Notes: a model not told the origin generated them from the sequence alone. A stretch of 38,287 nt of DNA from Pseudomonadota bacterium (GCA_022563655.1 JADFMW010000002.1:1-38287), one strand, 5' to 3'. Counted from the first letter of the stretch, positions 1-10,071 are shown. Numbers and translations are program-made.

Positions 1-540
1 ATGGCCCAGCGCGAGATCGGGCTGTCGGCAGGCGAGCCGCCCACCACCAAGGGCTATACGCCCACCGTCTTCGCCGAGCTGCCCAAGCTCCTGGAACGGG
101 CCGGGCCGGGCAGCGGCGTTGGCGTGATCACCGGACTGTTCACCGTGCTGGTCGAGGGCGACGATCACAACGAGCCCATCTCCGACGCGGTGCGCGGCAT
201 CCTCGACGGTCACATCGTGCTCGACCGCGCCATCGCCGAGCGCGGCCGTTTCCCGGCGGTCAACGTGCTGCGCAGCGTCTCGCGCACCATGCCCCATTGC
301 AACAGCGAGGCCGAGAACCGGCTGGTCTACCGCGCCCGGGCGCTGATGGCGACCTACGAGGACATGGCCGAAATGATCCGTCTCGGTGCTTACCGGGCGG
401 GCTCGAATGCGGCTGTCGACGAGGCGATCCGCTACCACGGCGCGCTCGAGGCGTTCCTTGCCCAGGACAAGACCGAACGCAGCGAGCTTGCCGCCGGCTA
501 CGCCAAGCTCGCCGAGATTCTCGAGCCAGAGGCGCAGTGA
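1..540 (+). CDS. fliI: Flagellum-specific ATPase FliI, C-terminal part (5' end outside window)
   Basis: Translation [14 protein letters not shown]...[29 protein letters not shown]...[13 protein letters not shown] matches the conserved catalytic and C-terminal region of T3SS/F1-type FliI ATPases. Its stop overlaps the next gene's start (GTGA). Confidence 0.9.
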   Translation: MAQREIGLSAGEPPTTKGYTPTVFAELPKLLERAGPGSGVGVITGLFTVLVEGDDHNEPISDAVRGILDGHIVLDRAIAERGRFPAVNVLRSVSRTMPHCNSEAENRLVYRARALMATYEDMAEMIRLGAYRAGSNAAVDEAIRYHGALEAFLAQDKTERSELAAGYAKLAEILEPEAQ

Positions 541-956
541 AGGCGCTCAGGACGCTGATTCGGCTGCACAAGCAGCACCTCGACGAGCAGTGCGTTCGCC
601 TGGTCGGGTTCGAGATGGAGCAGGAGGCGCTGCGCGCGCGTGCCGCGGGCCTCGCCGCCGAGGTCGAGGCCGAGGGGCGCATGGCCGCGACGTCCTTCGA
701 GGCGAGCCGGTCGTTCTCTCCCTACGTCGAGCGCGTCGGCGCCGAGCAGCGCGCGTTGGCCGCACAGATCGCCGAGCTCGACGCCGCCATCGCCGAGGCC
801 GGCGAGGCTGTCGCGGCGGCTTACCAGGATCTCGAGAAGTACAAGATCACTCACGGCGTGCGCGAGCAGCGCGCAAGGGCGTCCGAGGCCCGGCGCGAGC
901 AAGCGCAGCTCGACGAGACCGGCATCACGATCTACCGGCGCAAGCGGGCGGGCTGA
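537..956 (+). CDS. fliJ: Flagellar export protein FliJ (coiled-coil stalk)
   Basis: GTG at 537 overlaps the fliI stop by 4 nt. The 139-aa product is Ala/Glu/Arg-rich and helical ([18 protein letters not shown]...YQDLEKYKI), with the size, composition and position expected of FliJ. The ORF-track start at 297 lies inside fliI in another frame. Confidence 0.65.
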   Translation: MKALRTLIRLHKQHLDEQCVRLVGFEMEQEALRARAAGLAAEVEAEGRMAATSFEASRSFSPYVERVGAEQRALAAQIAELDAAIAEAGEAVAAAYQDLEKYKITHGVREQRARASEARREQAQLDETGITIYRRKRAG

Positions 957-1067
957 GCCGATCGTCCGGTCTCCTGGCGCCGGCCGCGGGCGCATCGCTC
1001 CGAGCAGGCGGCCGCTGCGCCGCTTCTAAACCATACGTCGCCAAACAAAATCGGTTGCCGGTTCGCT

Positions 1068-1430
1068 GTGATCGCTGCGACACTGACGCCGATGAGCATG
1101 ACCAGGATGAAATGGTCGTTCGTGGGCCTGGCGCTGCTGGGGGGCGTCGCTCTCGGGCTCATATACGCCCTCGACCAGGGCGAGGAGGCGCCTTGGGAGA
1201 CGTCCATCGCCGCCGGCCAAGAGGCGTCCCGGCAAGGTAATTACGCCGAGGCCGAGCCGCTCTATGCGCGGGCGCTGGCGATCATGGAAAAGGCCCCGGG
1301 GCCGGAGCGCCCGGGCTTGATCAAGATACTGGAAACCTCCGCCGCCCTGCTCGGCGAGGCCGGGCGCGGCGCCGAGGCCAAGGAAATGGCGACCCGCGCC
1401 AAGCAAGCCAAGGAAAAGCCGGCGAACTGA
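1068..1430 (+). CDS. Small membrane-anchored/secreted protein with TPR-like helical repeat (hypothetical)
   Basis: Hydrophobic N-terminus (KWSFVGLALLGGVALGLIYAL) followed by a TPR-like segment (GNYAEAEPLYARALAIMEKA). The start is ambiguous: GTG 1068, or ATG 1092, 1098 or 1107. Confidence 0.5.
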   Translation: MIAATLTPMSMTRMKWSFVGLALLGGVALGLIYALDQGEEAPWETSIAAGQEASRQGNYAEAEPLYARALAIMEKAPGPERPGLIKILETSAALLGEAGRGAEAKEMATRAKQAKEKPAN

Positions 1431-1490
1431 CGTGAAACCCGTGGGCTGAGTTTAAGGTTCCGGCGGGAACCAAGCGCCCGAGGTGTTTGC

Positions 1491-2495
1491 CTATGCCACC
1501 ACGCCGCCGCGCTTGCCGGCGGCGATGGCCTCGAGGGGGGCGACCGGGAAGCGCTTGGTCACCTGGAAGCTGAGCGCCCCCGTAAGCCTGCCAAGGGCGA
1601 GCCCTTGCGAGAAGATGGCGGCGATGTCGCGGCGCGCGCCATCGGCCAGGGGCACGCGGCTGCGCAGGATCAGGTCGAAACGCCGCTGGTGCAGGAAGCC
1701 GTCGAGCTGCACCTCGCCGAGACGGCTCAGGTCGACCTCGACGACGAAGCGCGCCTCGCCGTCGTCCTTCTTGGCGTCGTCGCGGCGGCGGCGCACGAAC
1801 AGCCGCAGTTGCCTCAGCGCGTCGCCGTCGTACACCGGCACGAGGAACGGTTGCCAGTCCCCTGGCGTGGGCTGATCGGCGAGACGGGCGATCTGGCCGA
1901 AGTCGGCGGCGAGACGGCGCACCAGATTGCCGCGGCCGCTGTCCTCGAGCGCGCGGACCGCCGCCCGGCCGAGCCAGCTGGCAAGGTTGCCGCCGCGCAG
2001 CGCCGCCAGAAAGGCCAGCGCCGTGGCCGCCAGGCTGCCGCCGGGGTGGGGAACCGCGCGTTCGACCATCGCCCCGGCAAGCTGCGGGTCGATCTGCCGC
2101 AACGCCTCGACGGCCTCGCGCAGGGCCGGCCAGCCTCGGGCGAGGTCGAGCGACGTCAGCGGGCGCGATTCAGGCGCCGGGAGAGGCGTCGGTGGCGCGG
2201 CGCGGACGGTCTCGGGCGGCCGGCCGTCGACTAGCTCGACGGTCGCGCTGAACACCGGACCGCCGCGCACCCGCAGGGTCACGGTGCTGCCGCGCCGCAG
2301 ATCGAGATGGCTGGCGAGGACGAGGGTGCCGGCCGTCGTGCGCACCAGCACGCGCCCGGCCGCGTCGAGCCCGGTAACCGCGCCGACGACGAGCGCGCCG
2401 GCCGGCAGGTTGGCGAGCGCCGGCGGAACGCGGCCCGGCGACGTCAACGCCACGCTCCCCCGCGGCGACGGCGGCTGGCCTGTTGGCTGCAACAC
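1491..2495 (-). CDS. Conserved hypothetical protein, last gene of the fliF-flhA transcription unit; C-terminus resembles the FliK C-terminal (Flg_hook) fold pattern
   Basis: 334-aa ORF starting (GTG) 66 nt downstream of flhA. C-terminal ARFVVEVDLSRLGEVQLDGFLHQRRFDLILRS...RRDIAAIFSQGLALGRLTGALSF resembles the FliK C-terminal pattern (L.P..LG.v.v.l......v.f......r..l......L...L...G). The N-terminal beta-rich segment (VVGAVTGLDAAGRVLVRTTAGTLVLASHLDLRRGSTVTLRV) and Pro-rich linker also fit. The resemblance is by eye only. Confidence 0.5.
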   Translation of the reverse strand: MLQPTGQPPSPRGSVALTSPGRVPPALANLPAGALVVGAVTGLDAAGRVLVRTTAGTLVLASHLDLRRGSTVTLRVRGGPVFSATVELVDGRPPETVRAAPPTPLPAPESRPLTSLDLARGWPALREAVEALRQIDPQLAGAMVERAVPHPGGSLAATALAFLAALRGGNLASWLGRAAVRALEDSGRGNLVRRLAADFGQIARLADQPTPGDWQPFLVPVYDGDALRQLRLFVRRRRDDAKKDDGEARFVVEVDLSRLGEVQLDGFLHQRRFDLILRSRVPLADGARRDIAAIFSQGLALGRLTGALSFQVTKRFPVAPLEAIAAGKRGGVVA

Positions 2496-2560
2496 GGCGG
2501 CCTAGCCCTCGGCCCTCGGCGCCGCGGTCACGGGCGCCAGCCGGGCTCCCCGACGGCGCA

Positions 2561-4657
2561 TCAGATCTGCCCCACGGTGCGGATCCTTGCCTTCGGGTGA
2601 ATCTCGTTCTGCGACATCACCAGAGTGGTGGCGCGGAAGCGCTCGACGATCGAGCGCACGAACGAGCGAATCGCAGGGCTGGTCAGCAACACCGGCGTCT
2701 CGCCCAGCATGGCGTGGCGCTCGAAGGTCTGACGCACCGCGGTGATGAACTCTTGCAGCTTGCTTGGCGCCATCGACAGCTGCCGTTCCTCGCCGCTGCC
2801 GCTCATCGCCTCGGCGAACGCCTGCTCCCATTCGGGCGACAGCGTCACCAGCGGGATCACGCCCTCGGCGTTCATGTTGGCGTGGCACAGCTGGCGGGCG
2901 AGCCGGGTGCGCACGTGCTCGGTGATCATGGTGATGTTCTGGGTGAAGCCCCACGCCTCCGAGATGCCCTCGAGGATGGTCGGCAAGTCGCGGATCGAGA
3001 CGCGCTCGGCGAGAAGGTTCTGCAGCACGCGTTGGATGCCGCTGACCGAGATCTGCGACGGCACCATGTCGGCGACGAGCTTCTGGTGCTCCTTGTCGAG
3101 CTCGTCGAGCAGCTTCTGCGTCTCGCTGTACGACAACAGCTCGGACATGTGCTCCTTGATGATCTCGGTGAGGTGGGTGGTGATCACCGTCGCCGGCTCG
3201 ACCACGGTGTAGCCGCGGAACGCCGCCTCTTCGCGGTTGCTCTCGGCGACCCACATGGCGGGCAACCCGAAGGTGGGCTCGGTCGTCTCCTCGCCCGTGA
3301 GCGCGATCTTGTCGCCGCGCGGGTCCATCGCCAGCACCATGTTGGGGCGCACCTCGCCGCGACCGGACTCGATGTCCTTGATGCGGATCACGTAGGCGTT
3401 GGCCGCGAGCTGCATGTTGTCCTGGATGCGCACGGACGGCATGACGAAGCCCATCTCGGACGCGATCTGGCGGCGCAGCGCTTTGATCTGCTCGGTCAGC
3501 CGATGGCCCTTTTCGGTGTTGATGAGCGAGAGCAGCCCGTAGCCTAGCTCGAGGCGGATCTGGTTGATTTGCAGGGCGTTCGAGATTGGCTCCTCGGCCG
3601 GCGCCGCCGGCGCCTCGGCTTCGGCCTCGGCCGCGGCGCTTGCCTCGGCCTGCTGCCGCGAGAGGTGCCAGGCGATCACGCCGGAGCCACCGGCGAGCAG
3701 CAGGAACGGCGCCATCGGAATCCCGGGCAACAGAGCCAGCACGCCGAGCATGGCGCCGTTCAGGCCGAACGCGCGCGGGTAGCGGCCGAGCTGGCTGAAC
3801 ACCGCCTTGTCGGTCGAGCCTTCGACGCTGGCCTTGGTGACGAGCAGGCCCGCCGCGGTGGAGACGATGAGCGCCGGAATCTGGGTAACCAAGCCGTCGC
3901 CGACGGTGAGCATCGCGTAGGCGGTGAGCGCCTGAGAGAACGACAGATCCTGCTGAACGACGCCAATGATGATGCCGGCGACGATGTTGATGAAGGTGAT
4001 CAAGAGCCCCGCGATGGCGTCGCCGCGCACGAACTTGGCGGCGCCGTCCATGGCGCCGAAGAAGTTGCTCTCGTCTTCGAGCTGCTTGCGCCTCGTGCGC
4101 GCCTGGTCCTCGTTGATCAGGCCCGACGACAGGTCGGCGTCGATCGCCATCTGCTTGCCCGGCATGGCGTCGAGGCTGAACCGGGCGGAGACCTCGGCAA
4201 TGCGCCCCGAACCCTTGGTGATGACGACGAAGTTGACGATCACCAGGATGGCGAAGACGATGATGCCGATGACGAAATTGCCGCCCATCACGAAGTTTCC
4301 GAACGCCTCGATCACTTGGCCGGCGGCGCCTGGACCCTCGTGCCCGTGCGCCAGGATCAGCCGCGTCGAGGCGAGGTTGAGCGACAGCCGCAACATGGTC
4401 GCGATGAGCAGCACCGTCGGGAACGAGCTGAAGTCGATCGGCCGGCTTATGAACAGCGTGGTCAGCAGTATCAGGCCGGAAAAGGTGAGCGAGACGGTCA
4501 GCATGATGTCGAGCAGCCAACTCGGCATCGGCAGGATCAAGATGACCAGGATGAAGATGATGCCGAGGGCCAGCGCGATGTCGCCCTGGCGCATGGCCGT
4601 GACGAGGCGGGCGAGCCCGCCTGGCACCGCCGGCGTGGTGAGGTCGTTCTCGGCCAC
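2561..4657 (-). CDS. flhA: Flagellar export gate protein FlhA
   Basis: 698 aa with hallmark motifs FPTVLLIATMLRLSLNLASTRLIL, GNFVIGIIVFAILVIVNFVVITKGSGRIAEVSARFSLDAMPGKQMAIDADL and FFGAMDGAAKFVRGDAIAG, plus the cytoplasmic C-terminal domain. GTG start. Confidence 0.95.
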   Translation of the reverse strand: MAENDLTTPAVPGGLARLVTAMRQGDIALALGIIFILVILILPMPSWLLDIMLTVSLTFSGLILLTTLFISRPIDFSSFPTVLLIATMLRLSLNLASTRLILAHGHEGPGAAGQVIEAFGNFVMGGNFVIGIIVFAILVIVNFVVITKGSGRIAEVSARFSLDAMPGKQMAIDADLSSGLINEDQARTRRKQLEDESNFFGAMDGAAKFVRGDAIAGLLITFINIVAGIIIGVVQQDLSFSQALTAYAMLTVGDGLVTQIPALIVSTAAGLLVTKASVEGSTDKAVFSQLGRYPRAFGLNGAMLGVLALLPGIPMAPFLLLAGGSGVIAWHLSRQQAEASAAAEAEAEAPAAPAEEPISNALQINQIRLELGYGLLSLINTEKGHRLTEQIKALRRQIASEMGFVMPSVRIQDNMQLAANAYVIRIKDIESGRGEVRPNMVLAMDPRGDKIALTGEETTEPTFGLPAMWVAESNREEAAFRGYTVVEPATVITTHLTEIIKEHMSELLSYSETQKLLDELDKEHQKLVADMVPSQISVSGIQRVLQNLLAERVSIRDLPTILEGISEAWGFTQNITMITEHVRTRLARQLCHANMNAEGVIPLVTLSPEWEQAFAEAMSGSGEERQLSMAPSKLQEFITAVRQTFERHAMLGETPVLLTSPAIRSFVRSIVERFRATTLVMSQNEIHPKARIRTVGQI

Positions 4658-4678
4658 TATGCGTTCTGCGGGTCTCGG

Positions 4679-6040
4679 CTAGATCGCCGCGCGCTGCGCC
4701 TCGCCGGGCAGCGGCACCTTGACGCCTTCGTCGATGTACTGCCTGAGCTTGTTGCGCAGGGTGCGGATCGAGATGCCAAGGATATTGGCGGCGTGGGTAC
4801 GGTTGCCGAGGCAGTGGCCGAGGGTCTCGATGATGAGGTCGCGCTCGACGGCGGCAACGGTGCGCCCCACGAGGCCGCTCGCCGGATGGGCCGCCGCCCC
4901 GGAAGCGCCTGCGTAGGTCGGCGCCGCGGATGCCGTGTGCCCGCCGTTGCCGAACGTGACCGCCTCGGCGCCGATTTCGTCGCCGCTCGCGAGCAACACC
5001 GCGCGGTGTATTGTGTTCTCGAGCTCGCGCACGTTGCCGCGCCACGTATGGCGCAACAAGGCGTCGCGCGCCGCCGGCGCCAGCGGTCGCTCGGGCAGCC
5101 CGTTGGCCTGGGTGTATTTCTTGATGAAATGCCGGTAGAGCGGCGGAATGTCCGCGGGGCGCTCGCGCAGCGGCGGGATGTGCAGGTTGACCACGTTGAG
5201 GCGGAACAGCAGATCGTCGCGAAAGGCGCCCTTCGCCACCTCGGCCTCGAGGTCGCGGTTGCTCGTGGCAATCAGGCGGATGTCGATCTTGATCGGCTTG
5301 CTGCCGCCGACGCGGTCGATTTCGCGTTCTTGGAGCACGCGCAACAGCTTGGCTTGCATGCGTGGCTCCATCTCGCCGATTTCGTCGAGCAGCAGGGTTC
5401 CGCCGTTGGCCTCCTCGAACTTGCCGATGCGCCGCGCCACGGCGCCGGTGAAGGCGCCCTTCTCGTATCCGAAGAGCTCGGATTCGAGAAGGTTGTCTGG
5501 GATGGCGGCGCAGTTGACCGGGACGAAAGGCTGCTTGGCGCGGCGGCTGTGGCGGTGCACGAAGCGCGCGAAAAGCTCCTTGCCGGTGCCCGATTCACCG
5601 GTGATCAGCATGCTCGCGTTCGACGGCGCGACCTGCTCGGCCAGGCGCAGCAGCTCGGAGGTGGCGGCGTCGGCGTGGATGATGGTGTGGCTGTCCTCCG
5701 CCACCGCCTCGAGAACGGCGGCGATCAACTCGGCCTGAGGGGGCAAGGGGATGAACTCGCGGGCGCCGGCCTTGATTGCCCGCACAGCGGTATCGCTGTC
5801 GGTGCCGACGCCGCAGGCGACCACCGGCACGCTGATGCGCTCGGACCTCAGGCTGGCGATGAACCTCGCGATGTCGAGCTTGACGTCGACCATGACCAGC
5901 TCGGCTCCCTGGCCCATGCGCAGCGTCGCCAGCGCGGCGTCGATGTCATCCGCGTGGCCGACCTTCGCGCCCCGATCGAGGGCGATCTTGCTGGCGGCGC
6001 CGATTTCACCCCCAATCGGGCCAACTATCAGTAACCGCAT
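4679..6040 (-). CDS. flbD: Sigma54-dependent flagellar transcriptional activator FlbD (atypical receiver + AAA+ + HTH)
   Basis: AAA+ Walker A GESGTGKE, GAFTGA sigma54-contact loop, ESELFGYEKGAFTG, RGNVRELEN, and C-terminal HTH CLGNRTHAANILGISIRTLRNKL. The receiver lacks the N-terminal acidic pair (LLIVGPIGG), as in Caulobacter FlbD. ATG 6040 is preceded by AAGGAG; the ORF track starts one codon earlier at GTG 6043. Confidence 0.9.
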   Translation of the reverse strand: MRLLIVGPIGGEIGAASKIALDRGAKVGHADDIDAALATLRMGQGAELVMVDVKLDIARFIASLRSERISVPVVACGVGTDSDTAVRAIKAGAREFIPLPPQAELIAAVLEAVAEDSHTIIHADAATSELLRLAEQVAPSNASMLITGESGTGKELFARFVHRHSRRAKQPFVPVNCAAIPDNLLESELFGYEKGAFTGAVARRIGKFEEANGGTLLLDEIGEMEPRMQAKLLRVLQEREIDRVGGSKPIKIDIRLIATSNRDLEAEVAKGAFRDDLLFRLNVVNLHIPPLRERPADIPPLYRHFIKKYTQANGLPERPLAPAARDALLRHTWRGNVRELENTIHRAVLLASGDEIGAEAVTFGNGGHTASAAPTYAGASGAAAHPASGLVGRTVAAVERDLIIETLGHCLGNRTHAANILGISIRTLRNKLRQYIDEGVKVPLPGEAQRAAI

Positions 6041-6160
6041 CACGCTTCTCCTTACAAACCGCCGATCGTTGCGCTGACTAACCGGCCTCCTGCGCGCGCC
6101 GGAGCGGCGGCGGGATGACGCCCGGCGCCGCGGGTTGCTGGAGGCATCGCAGCCGGCCGG

Positions 6161-6622
6161 TCATCGTTTCGACTTGATGATTTCCGTCATGGTGACGCCG
6201 AGGCGGTCCTCGACGACCACCACCTCGCCGCGCGCGACGAGCCGGTCGTTGATGTAGATGTCGATGGCCTCGCCGACCTTGCGGTCGAGCTCGACGATCG
6301 CGCCGCGGCCGAGCTTCAACAGTTGGCTGACTTGCAGCGTGGCCTTGCCGAGCACCGCCGAGACCTGCACAGGCACGTCGTACACCGCTCGCAGGTCGGC
6401 GGCCGTCGTCGCCCGCGCGGGCTGCAAGGACGCTGCGTCTGGCGCTTCAGCTGCGTTCTGTGTGCTCTGTGTGCTCTGTGTGCTCTGTGCGCTCTGTGCG
6501 GCCGCTGTGTCCTGCGCGTCCTGCACGTTCGCGGTCTCGGCCTGGGACGGCGCCTTATCGTCGGTCTTGAGCTCGGGGAGGTCGATCTCCTGTTTCTCCG
6601 CCACTTCATTTGGATTCGTCAC
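6161..6622 (-). CDS. fliN: Flagellar motor switch protein FliN
   Basis: C-terminal SpoA domain VPVQVSAVLGKATLQVSQLLKLGRGAIVELDRKVGEAIDIYINDRLVARGEVVVVEDRLGVTMTEI. The N-terminus is low-complexity and Gln/Ser/Thr/Ala-rich. GTG start preceded by AGGAG. Confidence 0.9.
   Translation of the reverse strand: MTNPNEVAEKQEIDLPELKTDDKAPSQAETANVQDAQDTAAAQSAQSTQSTQSTQNAAEAPDAASLQPARATTAADLRAVYDVPVQVSAVLGKATLQVSQLLKLGRGAIVELDRKVGEAIDIYINDRLVARGEVVVVEDRLGVTMTEIIKSKR
6457..6501. repeat. 9-bp tandem repeat (tctgtgtgc x3 plus 2 variant units) inside fliN, encoding the QST repeats
   Basis: Read directly: tctgtgtgc tctgtgtgc tctgtgtgc tctgtgcgc tctgtgcgg. On the coding strand this gives AQSAQSTQSTQSTQ in the FliN N-terminal linker. 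Confidence 0.85.
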
Positions 6623-6631
6623 TATGATCTC

Positions 6632-7306
6632 CTAATCATTGGAGTGTAAGGATTTTTCAGCCACCCCATCGCAGGGTGCCGAAGCCACGGGCGCGGGCTC
6701 GGCGGCTGTGTTGAGCAGCCGCTCGAGGCCCGTCTCGATCTCATGCCACACGGCGCCCGAGTCGCGCTCGGCGCCGCCGTCCGCCCACTCTATGCGGCAG
6801 TCGCCGGCGCCAAGCGACGGCTCGGCGAGCAGGACGACGTTGCCTTCGAAGCCGCAGCCCTTGGCCAGCCCTGCGATCCGATCCGTGATCTCGTCGAGCA
6901 CGGCGTCCGCGACGCGGATGACGACGCGCGGCTCGTCGACCAGCTCCGGCAAGCACTCGCGGATCATCGCCTCGATCTCGACCACGGGCTGGCGGCGCAT
7001 GGCTTCGGGTGCGATCTTGCGGGCGATCGCCAGAGCCAGCTTGGTGGCGTGCTTGATGGTGTGGTCGAGAACCGCGGCCTGGGTTTGGGCAATGCCGGAA
7101 AGATGCTCGCCGACCGCTTCCAGGGCCGCGGCCTGTTGGCGCTCGATCGTCTCCTGCTCGCGTACGGTCCCTTCCTGAAAGCCGGCGCGCCAAGCTTCTT
7201 CGCGCGCCGCTTCGAGGTCGTCGTGGCTGAAGGTCTCGACCCACCCGCTCTTGCCGGCGACGCTGGCGAAAACGGTGTCGAACTTGAACTTGACGGGTTG
7301 AGCCAT
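6632..7306 (-). CDS. fliH: Flagellar assembly protein FliH (FliI regulator)
   Basis: 224 aa from ATG 7306 (MAQPVKFKFDTVF...), which is preceded by GAGGGA. The C-terminal pattern PRVVIRVADAVLDEI...LLAEPSLGAGDCRIEWADGGAERD is typical of FliH and it sits between fliG and fliN. The long ORF-track version (to 8008) overlaps fliG in another frame. Confidence 0.7.
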   Translation of the reverse strand: MAQPVKFKFDTVFASVAGKSGWVETFSHDDLEAAREEAWRAGFQEGTVREQETIERQQAAALEAVGEHLSGIAQTQAAVLDHTIKHATKLALAIARKIAPEAMRRQPVVEIEAMIRECLPELVDEPRVVIRVADAVLDEITDRIAGLAKGCGFEGNVVLLAEPSLGAGDCRIEWADGGAERDSGAVWHEIETGLERLLNTAAEPAPVASAPCDGVAEKSLHSND

Positions 7307-7320
7307 GCTGCCGTGGTCCC

Positions 7321-8340
7321 TCAGTACACCAACTCGTCGTCGCCCTTCTGATCCGCGATCATGATCTCGTCGTTGGCGGCGAGTTCCTTGGCGAGATTCA
7401 CCATTAACTGCTGCGCCTCGTCGACGTCGCGCAGGCGGACCGGGCCAAGGGCCTGCATATCTTCGCGCAGCAGCCTGCAGGCGCGCTCGGACATGTTGGT
7501 GAAGATCAGGTTGCGCAGGGTCTCGGACGCGCCCTTCAGCGCGACCGCCAGCTTCCGCTTGTCGAATTTGCGCACCAGGGTCTGGACGCCCCCGGGGTCG
7601 AGCTTGATCAGGTCCTCGAAGGTGAACATGAGGGCGCGGATTCGCTCGGCGGCTTCCTTGTTGCGCTTCTCGAGCGCGGTGAGAAAACGGCTCTCGGTCG
7701 AACGGTCGAGGTTGTTGAAGATCTCGGCCATCCGCTCGTAGCTGTCGCCTTTGTTGGTGCGGGAGAGGTTGCTCATGAACTCGGTGCGCAACGTGCGCTC
7801 GACGTCGGCGAGAATTTCCTTTTGCACGGCTTCCATGCGCAGCATTCGCGACACCACCTCCATCGCGAATTCCTCGGGCAGAGCGGCCAGAACCCGGGCG
7901 GCGTGTTCGGATTTGATCTTCGAGAGAACGACCGCAACGGTTTGCGGGTATTCGTTCTTCAGGTAGTTGGCGAGGACGGACTCGTTGACGTTGCCCAGCT
8001 TGTCCCACATGGTGCGTCCGGCCGGGCCGCGGATTTCTTCCATGATGTTATCGACCCGTTCGCCGGGGAGAGTGCTCGCCAGCAACCGCTCGACGGTGTC
8101 GTAGCTGCCGACCAGCGTGCCCACGGAGGTCAACTGCTCGGCGAACTCGACGAACAGCCGGTCGACGGTGTCTCTCGTCAACGCCCCGAGGTTTGATATG
8201 CGGTGGGAAATCTCCTTGATCTCCTCGTCGTCCATGCGGCTGAACAGCTTGCTGGCGTGCTCCGTGCCGAGCGACAGCAAAAAGGCGGCGGCCCGATCGG
8301 GTCCCGAAAGAGGACTGCGCGGCTCCTGCTTTCCCGGCAT
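7321..8340 (-). CDS. fliG: Flagellar motor switch protein FliG
   Basis: 339 aa: [21 protein letters not shown]...[59 protein letters not shown]. Canonical FliG. Confidence 0.95.
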   Translation of the reverse strand: MPGKQEPRSPLSGPDRAAAFLLSLGTEHASKLFSRMDDEEIKEISHRISNLGALTRDTVDRLFVEFAEQLTSVGTLVGSYDTVERLLASTLPGERVDNIMEEIRGPAGRTMWDKLGNVNESVLANYLKNEYPQTVAVVLSKIKSEHAARVLAALPEEFAMEVVSRMLRMEAVQKEILADVERTLRTEFMSNLSRTNKGDSYERMAEIFNNLDRSTESRFLTALEKRNKEAAERIRALMFTFEDLIKLDPGGVQTLVRKFDKRKLAVALKGASETLRNLIFTNMSERACRLLREDMQALGPVRLRDVDEAQQLMVNLAKELAANDEIMIADQKGDDELVY

Positions 8341-8348
8341 AGCGTCGG

Positions 8349-10016
8349 TTAGGCTTCCTGGTACAGCCAGTTACGGATGATCGCGAGGGCCTCCTCGGGA
8401 TGGCTGTCGACGATCTCGCCGATCTTCTTGATCGACGATTCCTTGACCTTGCCTTCGATGCGGTCGAAGTCGATCCCGGAGTCGTCCTCTTCGACCGCCT
8501 TGGGTTCGGCCGTCAGCTGCGCCGGCGTCTGCCCGGATTCGGCGGGCAGGGCGGCCTGAGGTTCGCTCGCCGCCGCGGTCGCCGGCCGCAGGGTGAGCAC
8601 GTGCGTCGCCAGCGGCCGCAGCACGAGCAGAACGACGAGCAGACCAACGATGAAAAGGACGGCGATCTCGGCGGTCTTGAAGTAGTCGCCCTTGCCAAAC
8701 TCGAGCATCGACGGCTCGCCGACCTCGGGGGCCTCGACGGACGTGAACGGCATGTTGACGATCTCGACGCTGTCGCCGCGCTCGGGGTCGTAGCCGATGG
8801 CCGAGCGCACCAGGGTGGCAAGCTGCTCGAGCTCCTCGGCGCTGCGGGGCTGGTAGGTCCGTTCGCCGTTTGCTTCGGAAGTGTAGGTGCCGTCGACCAG
8901 CACGGCGACCGACAGCCGCTTGACCGTGCCGCTTTCCAGTACTTGGTTGCGGACGACCTTGGAAATTTCGTAGTTGGTGGTCTCTTCGGTGCGCGCCGTG
9001 GTGTTGCCGCCGGCCGCTCCGAGGGTCTCCTCGGTCGTGGCGCCGGGCAGGTTTTGGCCGATGCTCACCGCCACGGCCCCGCCGGGCTCCGAGCTGGTTG
9101 TCTGCTCCTCGATGAGTTGGGTCGAGCGCGCCACTTGGCTGTCTGGGTCGAAGGTCTCGGCGCTGGTGGTAACCCGCGTGAAGTCGATCTCGGCGGTGAC
9201 CTCGGCGCGCACCTTGCCGAAGCCCATCGAGCGCTCGAGCAGCCCCTCGATCATGTGCTTGATCCGGGTCTCGAGCGCCGACCGGTAGTCCTGCGCGGCG
9301 GTGCCGGCGACGCTCGAGTCGTCCGTGCCGTCTTCTCCCCGGGCGAGCAGCGTGCCTTGGGTGTCGATGATCGAGACGCGCGAGCTCTTGAGCCCGGGCA
9401 CGGCGGCGGCGACCAAGTGCCGAATGGCCGTCACCTGCGCCCGGTTCAGCCGGGCGCTGCCGATCACGGAGAGCACGATCGAGGCGCTCGGCTCGCGCCG
9501 CTCGCGGGAGAACAGATCGCGCTTGGGCAACACCAGGTGCACCCGCGCCGACGAGATGCGCGATAGCGAGCGAATCGTGCGCGCGAGCTCGCCCTCGAGG
9601 GCCCGCAACAGGTTGATGTTCTGCATGCTGCGCGTGGTGCCCAGGGTGTCCGAGCGGTCGAACACCTCGTAGCCGATGGAGCCGCCGCTCGGCAGCCCTT
9701 CCTCGGCCAGCGCCATGCGCAGGCGCACCGCGCGATCGCTGGGGACGAAGATCGCCGAGCCGCCGGCCCGCAGATCGTAATCGACGGTCATGCCTTCGAG
9801 CTTGGTGACGATTTTGCTCGCATCACCCTGGTCGAGGTCGGCGTACAACAGGCTCATGGCGGGCACGCTCAGGCGCGTGGCGAGATAGATGAGAATCCCG
9901 ATGACGACCGCGGCCACCCCCAGGGCAACCAGTAGCCGAGATGCGCCTTGACCCGTGAGCGCCCTAGTCAACGCATCTGGCACTGAAATCCTCGTGTTGG
10001 TGTATTCAGTAAACAT
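8349..10016 (-). CDS. fliF: Flagellar M-ring protein FliF
   Basis: YscJ/FliF signature: [26 protein letters not shown]...[59 protein letters not shown], and a C-terminal FliG-binding tail. ATG 10016 is preferred because the ORF-track TTG at 10064 sits only 8 nt from a CtrA-like box at 10072-10086. Confidence 0.9.
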   Translation of the reverse strand: MFTEYTNTRISVPDALTRALTGQGASRLLVALGVAAVVIGILIYLATRLSVPAMSLLYADLDQGDASKIVTKLEGMTVDYDLRAGGSAIFVPSDRAVRLRMALAEEGLPSGGSIGYEVFDRSDTLGTTRSMQNINLLRALEGELARTIRSLSRISSARVHLVLPKRDLFSRERREPSASIVLSVIGSARLNRAQVTAIRHLVAAAVPGLKSSRVSIIDTQGTLLARGEDGTDDSSVAGTAAQDYRSALETRIKHMIEGLLERSMGFGKVRAEVTAEIDFTRVTTSAETFDPDSQVARSTQLIEEQTTSSEPGGAVAVSIGQNLPGATTEETLGAAGGNTTARTEETTNYEISKVVRNQVLESGTVKRLSVAVLVDGTYTSEANGERTYQPRSAEELEQLATLVRSAIGYDPERGDSVEIVNMPFTSVEAPEVGEPSMLEFGKGDYFKTAEIAVLFIVGLLVVLLVLRPLATHVLTLRPATAAASEPQAALPAESGQTPAQLTAEPKAVEEDDSGIDFDRIEGKVKESSIKKIGEIVDSHPEEALAIIRNWLYQEA

Positions 10017-10071
10017 GCGAGGCGATGCGCAAGAGACAGTCACCGCGCGGCCCAACGCTAACAACCTGGCG

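Noticed and set aside
1456-1471. GGTTCC-GGCG-GGAACC hairpin between the convergent genes at 1430 and 1491
   Set aside because: The stem is only 6 bp and there is no U-tract, which is too weak to call a terminator.
2502-5045. 847-aa minus-strand ORF, extremely Arg/Pro/Gly/His-rich, overlapping flhA and flbD
   Set aside because: It is an alternative frame of genes with unmistakable FlhA and FlbD motifs. The composition is the typical high-GC shadow-frame artefact.
3569-6034. 821-aa plus-strand ORF antisense to flhA and flbD
   Set aside because: Antisense shadow ORF in high-GC DNA with low-complexity Arg/Asp/Gly composition and no recognisable motifs. The opposite strand carries bona fide genes.
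6457-6501. Short tandem repeats (also at 20354-20398 and 20778-20825) as possible CRISPR arrays
   Set aside because: The units are contiguous with no spacers and there are only 2-5 copies. Two of the three lie inside coding sequence.
6632-8008. 458-aa version of the fliH ORF extending through fliG
   Set aside because: The upstream 234 codons overlap fliG in another frame and are Arg/Gly/Pro-rich. The recognisable FliH begins at ATG 7306, which has an SD.
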